Shown one piece after another: positions 1 to 8,936 of a DNA stretch of 64,000 nucleotides (the stretch's first letter is position 1; the number at the start of each line of letters is the position of its first letter). The notes under the pieces are model-generated. The model was given only the letters and a program-made list of their open reading frames with translations. It was not told the origin of the DNA and did not search any database. The position numbers were made by a program, and so were the translations under genes. This stretch comes from Prosthecobacter debontii (GTDB lineage Bacteria; Verrucomicrobiota; Verrucomicrobiia; Chthoniobacterales; Chthoniobacteraceae), in NCBI GenBank assembly GCA_945905735.1, contig CAMDQC010000008.1, positions 1,989-65,988 on the forward strand. Direction: 5' to 3'.

Positions 1-249
1 GGAGCTGTCCTTCTTCCGCCGCACCGCATCGAGCCCGCTGTCGGCCATCTCGACGACTTGCGTCGTGTGGATGATCTCGATGCGGCCATCGTTGCAGCCG
101 TGCTTTTTCAGCTCGGCCTCGATGCGCGGCGTGTCGCCCGTGAGGAACATCTTCGTGATATGCGGATACTCACCGAGCGCGAGGACGGCTCCGTGGATGA
201 TATTCTCCGGCGCGTGGTCGCCACCCATTGCATCAAGCGCTATTTTCAT
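1..249 (-). CDS. plsX: Phosphate acyltransferase PlsX, N-terminal 83 codons (gene runs off left edge)
   Basis: Not on the supplied ORF track. Reverse translation from ATG (249-247) gives [22 protein letters not shown]...[17 protein letters not shown], matching the conserved PlsX N-terminus ([16 protein letters not shown]). Confidence 0.85.
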   Translation of the reverse strand, partial: MKIALDAMGGDHAPENIIHGAVLALGEYPHITKMFLTGDTPRIEAELKKHGCNDGRIEIIHTTQVVEMADSGLDAVRRKKDSS

Positions 250-363
250 CGTGAAAAACGGCCCGCAATCCGTAGGCGCGCGCCTCAACGTATCAAAGCA
301 AAAAATCGGACGCGGCGGATTCGGCCTTTCCCAAGCCTGCCTTTCTGCGCTACCGAGTGCGCC

Positions 364-1824
364 ATGAACTGCAACGACCACACTTTCCTCGGACTCTCTC
401 CCGAGGCGCAACAGGCGGTGACACGCCGCACTTTCCTCGCCCGCTCGGCTGGCGGGCTCGGCATGGCGGCGCTGGGTTCGCTTTTTGGCGGCTCGACGCA
501 GGCGGCAGGCATGGCCGGGATGCCGCACCATGCGCCCAAGGCGAAGCGCGTCATCTACCTTTTTCAAAGCGGAGCGCCTTCGCAGATGGACCTCTTCGAC
601 CCGAAGCCCGCGATGGCCGGGCGGCGCGGCGAAGACCTCCCAGCCAGCATCCGGCAGGGGCAGCGGCTCACGACGATGACTTCCGGACAGTCGAAATTCC
701 CCGTCGCGCCGAGCATCTTCAAGTTTGCGCAGCATGGGAAAAGCGGCGCGTGGTTCAGCGACCTCATGCCGCACATGAGCAAGCTGGCGGACGAATGGAC
801 CATCATCCGCTCGATGCACACGGAGGCGATCAATCACGACCCCGCCATCACATTTATGCAGACGGGCTCGCAGCTCGCCGGGCGGCCCAGCATCGGCTCC
901 TGGGTGGGCTACGGGCTCGGCAGTACGAACCGCGATTTGCCCGCGTATGTCGTGCTCACCTCGTTCGGCAGCGGGCGGCCCGACGACCAGCCGCTCTACG
1001 ACCGGCTGTGGAGCGCGGGCTTTCTTCCCTCGAAGCATCAGGGCGTAAAATTCCGCAACAAAGGCGACCGCGTCCTCTATCTCTCGAACCCGCCCGGCAT
1101 GGACTCCGAGACGCGCCGCGAGACACTCGACGAGCTGGCCGCGCTGAACCAGAGCCGCTTCGACGCCGTGGGCGACCCGGAGATACAAGCTCGTGTCGCG
1201 CAGTATGAGATGGCCTTCAAGATGCAGGCCAGCGTGCCGGAGTTGCTCGATATTTCTAAAGAACCCGCCTCCGTGCTGGAGATGTATGGCCCCGATGTGA
1301 AGCGCCCCGGCAGCTACGCCTCCAACTGCCTGCTCGCCCGCCGTCTCGCCGAGCGCGACGTGCGATTCGTCCAGCTCTTCCACATGGGCTGGGATCACCA
1401 CGGTGGCTTGCCCGCTGCGCTCAAAGGCCAGTGCAAAGACACCGACCAAGCCACGGCGGCGCTCATCACCGACCTCAAACAGCGCGGGCTTCTCGACGAC
1501 ACGCTCATCGTCTGGGGCGGCGAATTTGGCCGCACCATCTACTCGCAAGGCGCTCTCACCGAGACGAACTACGGGCGCGACCACCACCCGCGTTGCTTCA
1601 CCATGCTCATGGCCGGCGCAGGCGTGAAAAAGGGATTCACCTTCGGAGCGACGGACGATTTCTGCTACAACATCACGGAAAATCCCGTCCACGTTCACGA
1701 CCTGAACGCCACCATCATGCACCTCCTCGGCATGGACCACGAGCGCCTCACCTTCCGCTACCAAGGCCGCGATTTCCGCCTCACCGACATCCACGGCACC
1801 GTCGTGAAATCCGTGCTGGCCTAG
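364..1824 (+). CDS. DUF1501 family (sulfatase-like) protein with twin-arginine signal
   Basis: Track ORF 58..1824. The first ~100 codons are antisense to plsX, so the start is moved to ATG 364 (MNCNDH...[19 protein letters not shown], a Tat-type signal). The body is colinear with the second DUF1501 paralog at 24047-25480 ([18 protein letters not shown] motifs). Confidence 0.85.
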   Translation: MNCNDHTFLGLSPEAQQAVTRRTFLARSAGGLGMAALGSLFGGSTQAAGMAGMPHHAPKAKRVIYLFQSGAPSQMDLFDPKPAMAGRRGEDLPASIRQGQRLTTMTSGQSKFPVAPSIFKFAQHGKSGAWFSDLMPHMSKLADEWTIIRSMHTEAINHDPAITFMQTGSQLAGRPSIGSWVGYGLGSTNRDLPAYVVLTSFGSGRPDDQPLYDRLWSAGFLPSKHQGVKFRNKGDRVLYLSNPPGMDSETRRETLDELAALNQSRFDAVGDPEIQARVAQYEMAFKMQASVPELLDISKEPASVLEMYGPDVKRPGSYASNCLLARRLAERDVRFVQLFHMGWDHHGGLPAALKGQCKDTDQATAALITDLKQRGLLDDTLIVWGGEFGRTIYSQGALTETNYGRDHHPRCFTMLMAGAGVKKGFTFGATDDFCYNITENPVHVHDLNATIMHLLGMDHERLTFRYQGRDFRLTDIHGTVVKSVLA

Positions 1825-1849
1825 GCCGATGCGGCGTTGCGGCACACCC

Positions 1850-2338
1850 TCACAAGCGGGCCACGCGCTCCCAGCCGAGATGGTCTAGGCACTCGATGAT
1901 TGCCGGGAGCAAAAGCGGGAGGCATTCGCCGATCGCGCGCGGGTTTCCCGGCAGGTTGATGATGAGAGTCTTCCCCCGCGTCCCCGCTGTCGAGCGGCTG
2001 AGGATCGCTGTCGGGACTTTTGCAAACGACTGCACGCGCATGATCTCGCCGAAGCCCGGCAGCTCTCGCTCCAGCACCGCCCGCGTCGCCTCCGGCGTGA
2101 CATCGCGCGGCGACGGCCCTGTGCCGCCCGTCGTCACGATCAGCGCCGTCTCGCCCGCGTCGCAAACTTCCCGCAAGACGCGCTCGATTTCCGCGCGCTC
2201 GTCCGCGATGAGCACGCGCTGCCACTCGATAGCCGTCGCGATTTGCTCCGCAAAAAACTGCTCTATCGCAGGCCCGCTCCGGTCTTCGTAAATCCCCGCC
2301 GCCGCACGGTCGCTGAGGGTGATGCGGGCGAACTTCAT
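1850..2338 (-). CDS. mogA: Molybdopterin adenylyltransferase MogA
   Basis: 162 aa. Motifs SDRAAAGIYEDRSGPAI, TTGGTGPSPRDVTPEAT, PGFGE and INLPGNP match the MogA/MoaB fold. The start overlaps the moaC stop (ATGA). Confidence 0.85.
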   Translation of the reverse strand: MKFARITLSDRAAAGIYEDRSGPAIEQFFAEQIATAIEWQRVLIADERAEIERVLREVCDAGETALIVTTGGTGPSPRDVTPEATRAVLERELPGFGEIMRVQSFAKVPTAILSRSTAGTRGKTLIINLPGNPRAIGECLPLLLPAIIECLDHLGWERVARL

Positions 2339-2787
2339 TCCTTCCGTTTCTCCGTCACGCGGATGCCGCCAATCGTCATCCCTTTATCCACGGCCTTGCA
2401 CATGTCGTAAATCGTGAGCGCCGCCACGCTGGCCGCCGTCAGCGCCTCCATCTCCACGCCCGTCTTCGCGGTCGTCCGCGCCGTCGTGCGGATGCGGACG
2501 GCTTCCGCTTCGATGAAAAACTCCACGTCCACCGAATCGAGTGGCAGTGAGTGGCAGAGCGGGATCAGCTCATCGCACCGCTTCGCCGCGAGAATCCCGG
2601 CGATGCGCGCCACGGCGAGCACGTCGCCCTTTGGCAAAGCCTGCGCCCGCAGCGCCTCCACCGTCGCCGCTGCGCAATACACAAACCCCTCCGCACAAGC
2701 CACGCGCCGCTGCACCGGCTTGTGCCCGACATCGACCATGCGGGCCGTGCCGGTTTCATCGAGATGGCTAAAAGTGGCGTCGGACAT
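2335..2787 (-). CDS. moaC: Cyclic pyranopterin monophosphate synthase MoaC
   Basis: 150 aa. MVDVGHKP, KGDVLAVARIAGILAAK, IPLCH and GVEMEALTAASVAALTIYDMCKA are colinear with MoaC. Confidence 0.9.
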   Translation of the reverse strand: MSDATFSHLDETGTARMVDVGHKPVQRRVACAEGFVYCAAATVEALRAQALPKGDVLAVARIAGILAAKRCDELIPLCHSLPLDSVDVEFFIEAEAVRIRTTARTTAKTGVEMEALTAASVAALTIYDMCKAVDKGMTIGGIRVTEKRKE

Positions 2788-2825
2788 GCGCGCGACGTTG
2801 GCGAGCCGCTGCGAATTTGGCGAGA

Positions 2826-2930
2826 GCGAGTGTGATTAAAAGTGGAAGAGTGCGAGTGGCGTGGGCGTCTCGCCCATGAAGGAGCCACCCTCATGGGCGA
2901 GACGCCCAAGCCACTTTTAATCACACCCGC
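2826..2930. repeat. 105-bp compound palindrome (REP/MITE-like) in the divergent moaC / dltA-like intergenic region
   Basis: Outer arms are gcgagtgtgattaaaagtgg (2826-2845) and ccacttttaatcacacccgc (2911-2930), 20 bp with 1 mismatch. Inner arms are gggcgtctcgcccatga and tcatgggcgagacgccc, 17 bp perfect around loop aggagccaccc. The 7-nt direct repeat cgagagc occurs at 2821-2827 and 2930-2936. Confidence 0.8.
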
Positions 2931-2941
2931 GAGAGCAGAGC

Positions 2942-4441
2942 TTGAGTTTTACCGCCGAGTTTACCGATGCTCGCGACATGCACCTTCTCGATCAAATTGC
3001 GGAATGGGTCCGCACTACGCCGGAAAAACTCGCGCACATCAGCAACGACCGCCGCATGACATACGGCGAACTCGGCGCACGCTCAGACGCCCTCGCCGCT
3101 TGGCTGGATGCGGAGTTGGGCGAGCGGCGCGTGCCAGTCGCCATCCACGGGCACAAGGAGCCGGAGATGCTCATCACGTTTCTCGCGGCGGTGAAAACGG
3201 GGCGTCCGTATGTGCCGATTGATGTCTCCACGCCGACGACTCGCGTGGAGCGCGTGATGGAAGTCTCTGAGGCGGGCGTGCTCCTCACGCCGGAGAAAGT
3301 GGCGGCGATTCCGACGAGCGCGAGCTACGAGGCGGCGCGGCGTGTGGGGGAAAGCGACCCGTTTTACGTCCTCTTCACCAGCGGCAGCACGGGCGAGCCG
3401 AAGGGCGTCGTCATCACGCTGGCGAACCTCAATCACTACCTCGGCTGGATGCGCGGGGCGCACGAGTTCGTGCCCGGCGGCGAGGTGTTCCTCAACCACG
3501 CGCCGTTCACTTTCGACCTCAGCGTGCATGATATCTACCTCGCGCTGAGCACGGGCGGGACGATCTTTTCGCTCACGAAAGAGACGGCGGCAGACTTCCG
3601 CCAGCTCTTCGAGGCGCTGCGGAATTGCGGGGCGACGCAGTGGATGTCCACGCCGTCTTTCGCGCAGATGTGCATGATCGAGCGCGGCTTCTCAGCGGCG
3701 ATGTTGCCTGCGATGAAGCGCTTCTTTTTCTGCGGGGAGACGATGGCCCCGGAGACCGGCGCGCAAATGCTGGAGCGCTTCCCCGGCGTGGAAGTGTGGA
3801 ATACTTACGGCCCTACTGAAGCGACGGTCGCGGTGACGAGTGTGCCGGTGACGCGCGAGCTGATCGCCGAGTGGAACCCGCTGCCCATCGGGCGCGTGAT
3901 GCCCGGCACGCAGATCATCATCCGGGGAGAAAACGGCCAGCCTGTCCCGGCTGGCGAGCGCGGCGAGATCATCATCGCCGGGCCGAATGTCAGCCCCGGC
4001 TACCTGCGCCGCCCGGACCTCACGGAGAAAGCATTCGCGCCGCACGAAGCGACGCGCTGCTACCGCACGGGCGATTGGGGCCGCGACCGGGATGGGGTGA
4101 TTTTTTGCGAGGGGCGGATGGATAACCAGATCAAGCTCCACGGTCACCGTATCGAACTCGGCGACATGGAGGCGAACCTCCGCGACCTCGACGAGATCGC
4201 CGACGCCGTCGTGCTGCCGGTGAAAAAAGGCGACCGCGTGGACAGCGTGGCCGCGTTCGTCGTGCTGAGTGGGCCGAAGCAAGGCAGCGACTTCGAGCAA
4301 GCAGCGAAGCTCAAAACGAAACTCGGCGAACGTCTGCCGCCCTACATGGTGCCGCGCAAATTCGTCTTCCTCGACAGCTTCCCCATGAACGCGAACGGCA
4401 AGGCCGACCGCAAGCAGCTCGCGGCGACGATCGGGCAGTGA
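2942..4441 (+). CDS. DltA-like adenylation enzyme (D-alanine--carrier protein ligase family)
   Basis: 499 aa. Adenylation cores YVLFTSGSTGEPKGV, NTYGPTEATV and YRTGD, plus DltA-specific colinear blocks (FLNHAPFTFDLSV, STPSFAQMC, IKLHGHRIELGDME, PYMVPRKF). The track start is TTG, so the start is uncertain. Confidence 0.8.
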   Translation: MSFTAEFTDARDMHLLDQIAEWVRTTPEKLAHISNDRRMTYGELGARSDALAAWLDAELGERRVPVAIHGHKEPEMLITFLAAVKTGRPYVPIDVSTPTTRVERVMEVSEAGVLLTPEKVAAIPTSASYEAARRVGESDPFYVLFTSGSTGEPKGVVITLANLNHYLGWMRGAHEFVPGGEVFLNHAPFTFDLSVHDIYLALSTGGTIFSLTKETAADFRQLFEALRNCGATQWMSTPSFAQMCMIERGFSAAMLPAMKRFFFCGETMAPETGAQMLERFPGVEVWNTYGPTEATVAVTSVPVTRELIAEWNPLPIGRVMPGTQIIIRGENGQPVPAGERGEIIIAGPNVSPGYLRRPDLTEKAFAPHEATRCYRTGDWGRDRDGVIFCEGRMDNQIKLHGHRIELGDMEANLRDLDEIADAVVLPVKKGDRVDSVAAFVVLSGPKQGSDFEQAAKLKTKLGERLPPYMVPRKFVFLDSFPMNANGKADRKQLAATIGQ

Positions 4442-4448
4442 CGAGGGT

Positions 4449-5708
4449 TCACAGTTCCCGACCCAGCCACTCGACGACGTAGTCTAGCTCTTCGTCTGCA
4501 ATCGTGAACGGCGGGAGGAAGCTGAGGATGTGTGAGGCGGGGCCGTCTGCGAGCATGATGATGCCGGCGCGGAGTGCGCGCTGGATGATGGAGATGGCGC
4601 GTTCGGTGTCGGGTTGTCCGTCGGCTTTTACGAGCGCGATGCCGAGCATGAGCCCCATGCCGCGAATCTCGTGGTGAGTGATGCGGCGAAGAGCGGAGGT
4701 GAGGCGCGCGCTTTTCTCCCGCACGGCAATGCCAACTGCGGGATCGGCGTGCGCTTTAATAGAGGCGAGTGCCATCGCGCAGCCTACGGGGTGACCGAGG
4801 AAGGTGCTGGTGTGGAGGGCCTCGCCGTGAGTCTCGGGCCATGCGTCCATGATGTGCGCGGGGCCCACGCAGGCACTGAGGGGGAAGCCGCCGGTGAGGG
4901 CTTTGCCGAGGCAGATGAGGTCGGGGATGGTGCCGGTGTGATCGCACGCGAAGAGCGGGCCGGTGCGGTGAAAGCCCGTGAGGATTTCATCGGCGATGAG
5001 CAGCAGTCCGTGCGTATCGCAAAAGGCGCGGAGCATGGGGAGAAAGTCAGGCGGTGGAAGGACGCAGCCGCCGCGACCTTGGAGGGGCTCGACTAGGATT
5101 GCGCCGATGTTCTTTTCCAAAAGAGCGCGGTTGAGATCGGCGAGGCTGGCGGGGAAAGGGAGGACGACGGCGAGGTCGGCGAGCTGCGGACGGAAGGGGG
5201 CTTGGAAAAATGGGAGCCCACCCGCTGCGAGCGCGCCGAGGCCGAGGCCGTGGTAGCCGCCGCGAAAGACGATGATGCCGGGTTTGCCGGTGTGGAGGAG
5301 GGCGGTTTTGAGGGCGGCTTCGACGGCGTCGGAGCCGGAGTTGCCGAGGATGACTTTGGCGGGGCCGCGCTGCCAACGCTCGTAGGTGAGGGCGGCAAGT
5401 TGCTCGCAGAGTTCGGCTTTGGCTTCGGTGGGGTGAACGTCGCCCATCGCGTGAACGAGTTGGGCGGCTTGTGCAGTCATCGCCGCAGCCGTCGCGCCGT
5501 GGCCGAGGGAGGCGACGCCAAACGCGGAGGTGAGGTCGAGGTAGCGATTGCCGTCGGCGTCCCAGACGTTCACGCCGTGTGCGCGCTCCCAAAAAATGGG
5601 CCATTCGGGCGAGGTGAAAGTGACGTTGCGCGACTCGGCGCGATGCAGCCGTGCGGCGAGCGAAAGGGAACGAGGGCCGGGGATGGATGTGTGGAGTTCA
5701 GGTAGCAT
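4449..5708 (-). CDS. Class-III PLP aminotransferase (GabT/ArgD-like)
   Basis: 419 aa. Motifs NSGSDAVEAALK, IADEILTGFHRTG and LGKALTGGFPLSA. Confidence 0.85.
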   Translation of the reverse strand: MLPELHTSIPGPRSLSLAARLHRAESRNVTFTSPEWPIFWERAHGVNVWDADGNRYLDLTSAFGVASLGHGATAAAMTAQAAQLVHAMGDVHPTEAKAELCEQLAALTYERWQRGPAKVILGNSGSDAVEAALKTALLHTGKPGIIVFRGGYHGLGLGALAAGGLPFFQAPFRPQLADLAVVLPFPASLADLNRALLEKNIGAILVEPLQGRGGCVLPPPDFLPMLRAFCDTHGLLLIADEILTGFHRTGPLFACDHTGTIPDLICLGKALTGGFPLSACVGPAHIMDAWPETHGEALHTSTFLGHPVGCAMALASIKAHADPAVGIAVREKSARLTSALRRITHHEIRGMGLMLGIALVKADGQPDTERAISIIQRALRAGIIMLADGPASHILSFLPPFTIADEELDYVVEWLGREL

Positions 5709-5711
5709 GGG

Positions 5712-6083
5712 TCACTGCACGCGGCGGTCGAGAAGTAGCACTTTATCGCCGAAGTCTGCCGGGCGCTTTTGTGTGGGCTGGGCGAGCTTGAGCTGGTCGG
5801 TGGAGAGAAATACGAGCAACGACTTCGCGATGATGCGCGTAGGGCCAAGCTGGAAATCGAGGTCGATGTGGAGCGGGGCGGTATTCGGGTGGATGACGTA
5901 AGTTCCCCTGCCGCGCTCGTAGCCCGCAATGACGGTGAGCTGGCCGCCCTTTTCAAAGACCATGATTGTCCGGGTGCCATCCGCCTCGCGCCCTTCCCAA
6001 GCGCCGAGCAGCCGAGCAGTCGGGTCGTAGCCGCACCCGGCGAAAAGCAGAGCTGCAATAAAAGTGAACACGCGCACAAACAT
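5712..6083 (-). CDS. Small lipoprotein, uncharacterised
   Basis: 123 aa. MFVRVFTFIAALLFAGC is a signal peptide with lipobox. It sits 3 nt upstream of the aminotransferase on the same strand. Confidence 0.6.
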   Translation of the reverse strand: MFVRVFTFIAALLFAGCGYDPTARLLGAWEGREADGTRTIMVFEKGGQLTVIAGYERGRGTYVIHPNTAPLHIDLDFQLGPTRIIAKSLLVFLSTDQLKLAQPTQKRPADFGDKVLLLDRRVQ

Positions 6084-6171
6084 CGTGCGCCGAGTTAGCG
6101 GACACGCAAAGGCGAGTCGAGCGCGGCTTCGCGGTTGTGCTTCGGGCGACGCCTGCTTACACGTCTGCGCA

Positions 6172-6870
6172 ATGACGCCTACAAATCAGGGTTCCATCCG
6201 TCTTTTTCGGGTCTTCGGCATCACGGTCTTTCTCCATTGGTCGTGGTTTGTCGTGGCTGTGATGCTCTATCAGGGGAGTTTAGGCGTGTTTTCAGAGACG
6301 CACTATTCGTCGCCCATTTGGAATATCTACGCCTACCTCGGCCTGTTTTTCATCGTCCTACTGCACGAGTTTGGCCACTCGCTATCCTGTCGGCAAGTGG
6401 GCGGGCAGGCGGAGCAAATTGTACTCTGGCCGCTCGGCGGCGTCGCCTACGTCTCCCCGCCTCAGCGCCCCGGCGCAACGCTGTGGTGCATCGCGGCTGG
6501 TCCTCTGGTGAATGTGGCGCTCGTCCCCATCTTCATGCTTACCGAGAAGATCGCGAATGGAAATCCCGCAATCCCCCATGATGTCGTCCACCTCGTGAGG
6601 CACCTCATGGGCATCAATTTCGGGCTCCTCATCTTTAATATCCTGCCCGTCTATCCGCTGGACGGCGGGCAAATCCTCCGCGCGCTGCTTTGGTTCGCCA
6701 TCGGGCCGGTGAAAAGCCTGTTCGCAGCGACAACGGTAGGGTTTGTCGGGGTGGCTGCCCTAGGTGCGCTGGCGATTTATCTGGGGCATATCTGGATCGG
6801 GATCATGGCCTTTTTCATGTTCGTGAGCTGCCGCGCTGCGTGGAGGCATGCACGGGCGATGTCTTTGTAA
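6172..6870 (+). CDS. M50 family site-2 metalloprotease
   Basis: HEFGH (HExxH) and NILPVYPLDGGQIL (NxxPxxxLDG) motifs with several TM segments. The start is moved from the track's 6064 to ATG 6172. Confidence 0.8.
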   Translation: MTPTNQGSIRLFRVFGITVFLHWSWFVVAVMLYQGSLGVFSETHYSSPIWNIYAYLGLFFIVLLHEFGHSLSCRQVGGQAEQIVLWPLGGVAYVSPPQRPGATLWCIAAGPLVNVALVPIFMLTEKIANGNPAIPHDVVHLVRHLMGINFGLLIFNILPVYPLDGGQILRALLWFAIGPVKSLFAATTVGFVGVAALGALAIYLGHIWIGIMAFFMFVSCRAAWRHARAMSL

Positions 6871-6948
6871 AGTTGTGAAATTGCAGCAAATACAGCTTTC
6901 CAGCTTGTAGCTTTGAGGACATTCGGGACGTATTCGATTTCACATCTG

Positions 6949-7935
6949 ATGTCCGAGCTACCGAATCACAATCCATCTATCGCAAAACGCGCACTCATCC
7001 GCCTGCGCCAATGGTTTGATTCCGATTACTTCCCCGGCGGTCCCGATGCCGCCAGAGCAAAGCCTGACCGCTTCGAGTGGGCCCGCGCGATCCCGTTTAT
7101 CTTCATCCATGCGGGCTGTCTTTTCCTGCCGCTCGTGGGCTGGAGTTGGGCTGCCGTCGCCGTCGCCGCCGCGCTTTACTTGCTGCGAATGTTCGCGATC
7201 ACCGGGTTTTATCACCGCTATTTTTCGCACCGGACGTTCCAGACGAGCCGCGTGGCGCAGTTTATCTTTGCGGCGTGGGGGAATACGGCGGTGCAGCGCG
7301 GCGCACTCTGGTGGGCGGCGGTTCACCGGCATCACCACAAGCATTCCGACGATGAGCACGACGCGCATTCGCCGAGGCAACGCGGCTTTTGGTGGGCGCA
7401 CATCGGGTGGATGACGACGTCGAAGAACTTCCCCACGGACTACAACACCATCCGCGACCTCGCGAAGTATCCCGAGCTGGTTTTCCTGAACCGCTTTGAC
7501 CTCATCGTGCCCGCGATTTTTGGCGTCTCGCTGTATGGCTTTGGCGCGCTGCTGAACTACGTCTGGCCGCAACTCGGCACGTCGGGCGGGCAGATTTTTA
7601 TCTGGGGCTTTTTCGTCAGCACCGTGTTCTTGCTCCACGGCACCTTGTTCATCAATTCGCTCGCACATGTCTGGGGCCGCAAGCGTTTCAATACGGAAGA
7701 CGACAGCCGCAACAGCCTGCTGCTCGCGCTCATCACCCTCGGCGAAGGCTGGCACAACAACCACCACCGCTACATGGCCACGGCGCGGCAGGGCTTCTTC
7801 TGGTGGGAAATTGACGTTACTTTCTACGTGCTGAAAGTCTTCTCTTGGCTCGGCATCATCTGGGACCTGAAGCCCGTGCCAAAGTCCATCTACGCCGAAG
7901 TCAGCGCGCAGGGACCGGCGGCAGAGTCGAAGTGA
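6949..7935 (+). CDS. Acyl-CoA/acyl-lipid delta-9 type fatty acid desaturase
   Basis: Three histidine boxes HRYFSH, HRHHHKHSD and HNNHHRY, with hydrophobic segments. ATG 6949 is preferred over the upstream TTG at 6913. Confidence 0.85.
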   Translation: MSELPNHNPSIAKRALIRLRQWFDSDYFPGGPDAARAKPDRFEWARAIPFIFIHAGCLFLPLVGWSWAAVAVAAALYLLRMFAITGFYHRYFSHRTFQTSRVAQFIFAAWGNTAVQRGALWWAAVHRHHHKHSDDEHDAHSPRQRGFWWAHIGWMTTSKNFPTDYNTIRDLAKYPELVFLNRFDLIVPAIFGVSLYGFGALLNYVWPQLGTSGGQIFIWGFFVSTVFLLHGTLFINSLAHVWGRKRFNTEDDSRNSLLLALITLGEGWHNNHHRYMATARQGFFWWEIDVTFYVLKVFSWLGIIWDLKPVPKSIYAEVSAQGPAAESK

Positions 7936-8903
7936 GCCTCGCGCTTTCCGACTACGACTTCACGCTTCCCGACGACCGCATCGCGCGCCACCCCGCTTCA
8001 CGCCGCGATGAATCGCGGATGATGGTCCTGCATCGCGCCACCGGCACTATCGAGCACCGCACGTTCGGCGACTTCCCCAGCTACATCCAGGAAAGCGACC
8101 TCGTCGTGCTCAACGACACGCGCGTCATCCCCGCACGAGTCTTCAGCGACGACGGCAAAATCGAGCTACTTTTCCTAGAGCCCGCCGGACCCGACGCATG
8201 GATGTGTATGGTGAAACCGGGGCGGAAAATGCGCGTCGGAGCCGAACTCACCGTCGGCGGCGTGCGCGGAGTCGTCGCCAGTATTTGCCCGGACGGCGAG
8301 CGCATCATCACGTTTGATGGCCTCGTGGATCTCGACCGCGTCGGCGAACTCCCACTTCCGCCGTACTTCGACCGACGGCCCGAGGACGAAGACGACGAAC
8401 GCTACCAGACCGTCTATGCCCGCAATCGCGGCGCAGTCGCCGCGCCCACGGCTGGGCTGCACTTTACGCCGGAAATACTCGCGCGGATTCCTCACGCATT
8501 CCTCACGCTCCACGTCGGCGCGGGCACTTTCCGCCCCGTGCAAGTGGACGACATCACGCAGCACCGGATGCACTTCGAGCGTTTCGCCCTCTCCGCCGAG
8601 ACCGCTGCCGCCGCTAACTCAGCGAGCCGCATCGTCGCCGTCGGCACCACGTCCGCGCGTGTGCTGGAGTCCATCGGGCGGCCCTTCACCGCGAGTGAGG
8701 GGCGGACGGACATCTTCATCTACCCGCCCTACCAGCCGCGCGCCGTGGACGTGTTGCTCACCAATTTCCACCTCCCAAAAAGCACGCTCCTCATGCTCGT
8801 GAGCGCATTCGCCGGGCGGGACTTCATCCTCCGCGCCTACGCCGAAGCCATCGCGAGCGGCTACCGCTTTTACAGCTACGGCGACTGTATGTTGATTGTC
8901 TGA
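7932..8903 (+). CDS. queA: S-adenosylmethionine:tRNA ribosyltransferase-isomerase QueA
   Basis: LSDYDFTLPDDRIARHP, TAGLHFT, VGTTSARVLES and YRFYSYGD. In-frame GTG 7932 overlaps the desaturase stop; the track ORF extension back to 7845 is rejected. Confidence 0.9.
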   Translation: MSLALSDYDFTLPDDRIARHPASRRDESRMMVLHRATGTIEHRTFGDFPSYIQESDLVVLNDTRVIPARVFSDDGKIELLFLEPAGPDAWMCMVKPGRKMRVGAELTVGGVRGVVASICPDGERIITFDGLVDLDRVGELPLPPYFDRRPEDEDDERYQTVYARNRGAVAAPTAGLHFTPEILARIPHAFLTLHVGAGTFRPVQVDDITQHRMHFERFALSAETAAAANSASRIVAVGTTSARVLESIGRPFTASEGRTDIFIYPPYQPRAVDVLLTNFHLPKSTLLMLVSAFAGRDFILRAYAEAIASGYRFYSYGDCMLIV

Positions 8904-8936
8904 GGGCATCCGGGCGGGTAAGCACGCCCAGATGGA

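Noticed and set aside
58-363. N-terminal extension of the DUF1501 ORF (58..1824)
   Set aside because: It is antisense to the plsX N-terminus. The Tat signal begins at the Met at 364.
2788-2941. Possible Moco riboswitch in the moaC leader
   Set aside because: The structured element is an almost perfect DNA palindrome that reads the same on both strands. It lacks the conserved Moco-motif sequence blocks I can recall, so a REP/MITE-like element is the better explanation.
6871-6948. 8-bp inverted repeat (tgtgaaat ... atttcaca) upstream of the desaturase as a regulator site
   Set aside because: The arms are 54 nt apart and short, so chance occurrence in an AT-richer promoter region is plausible. 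There is not enough support to call it.
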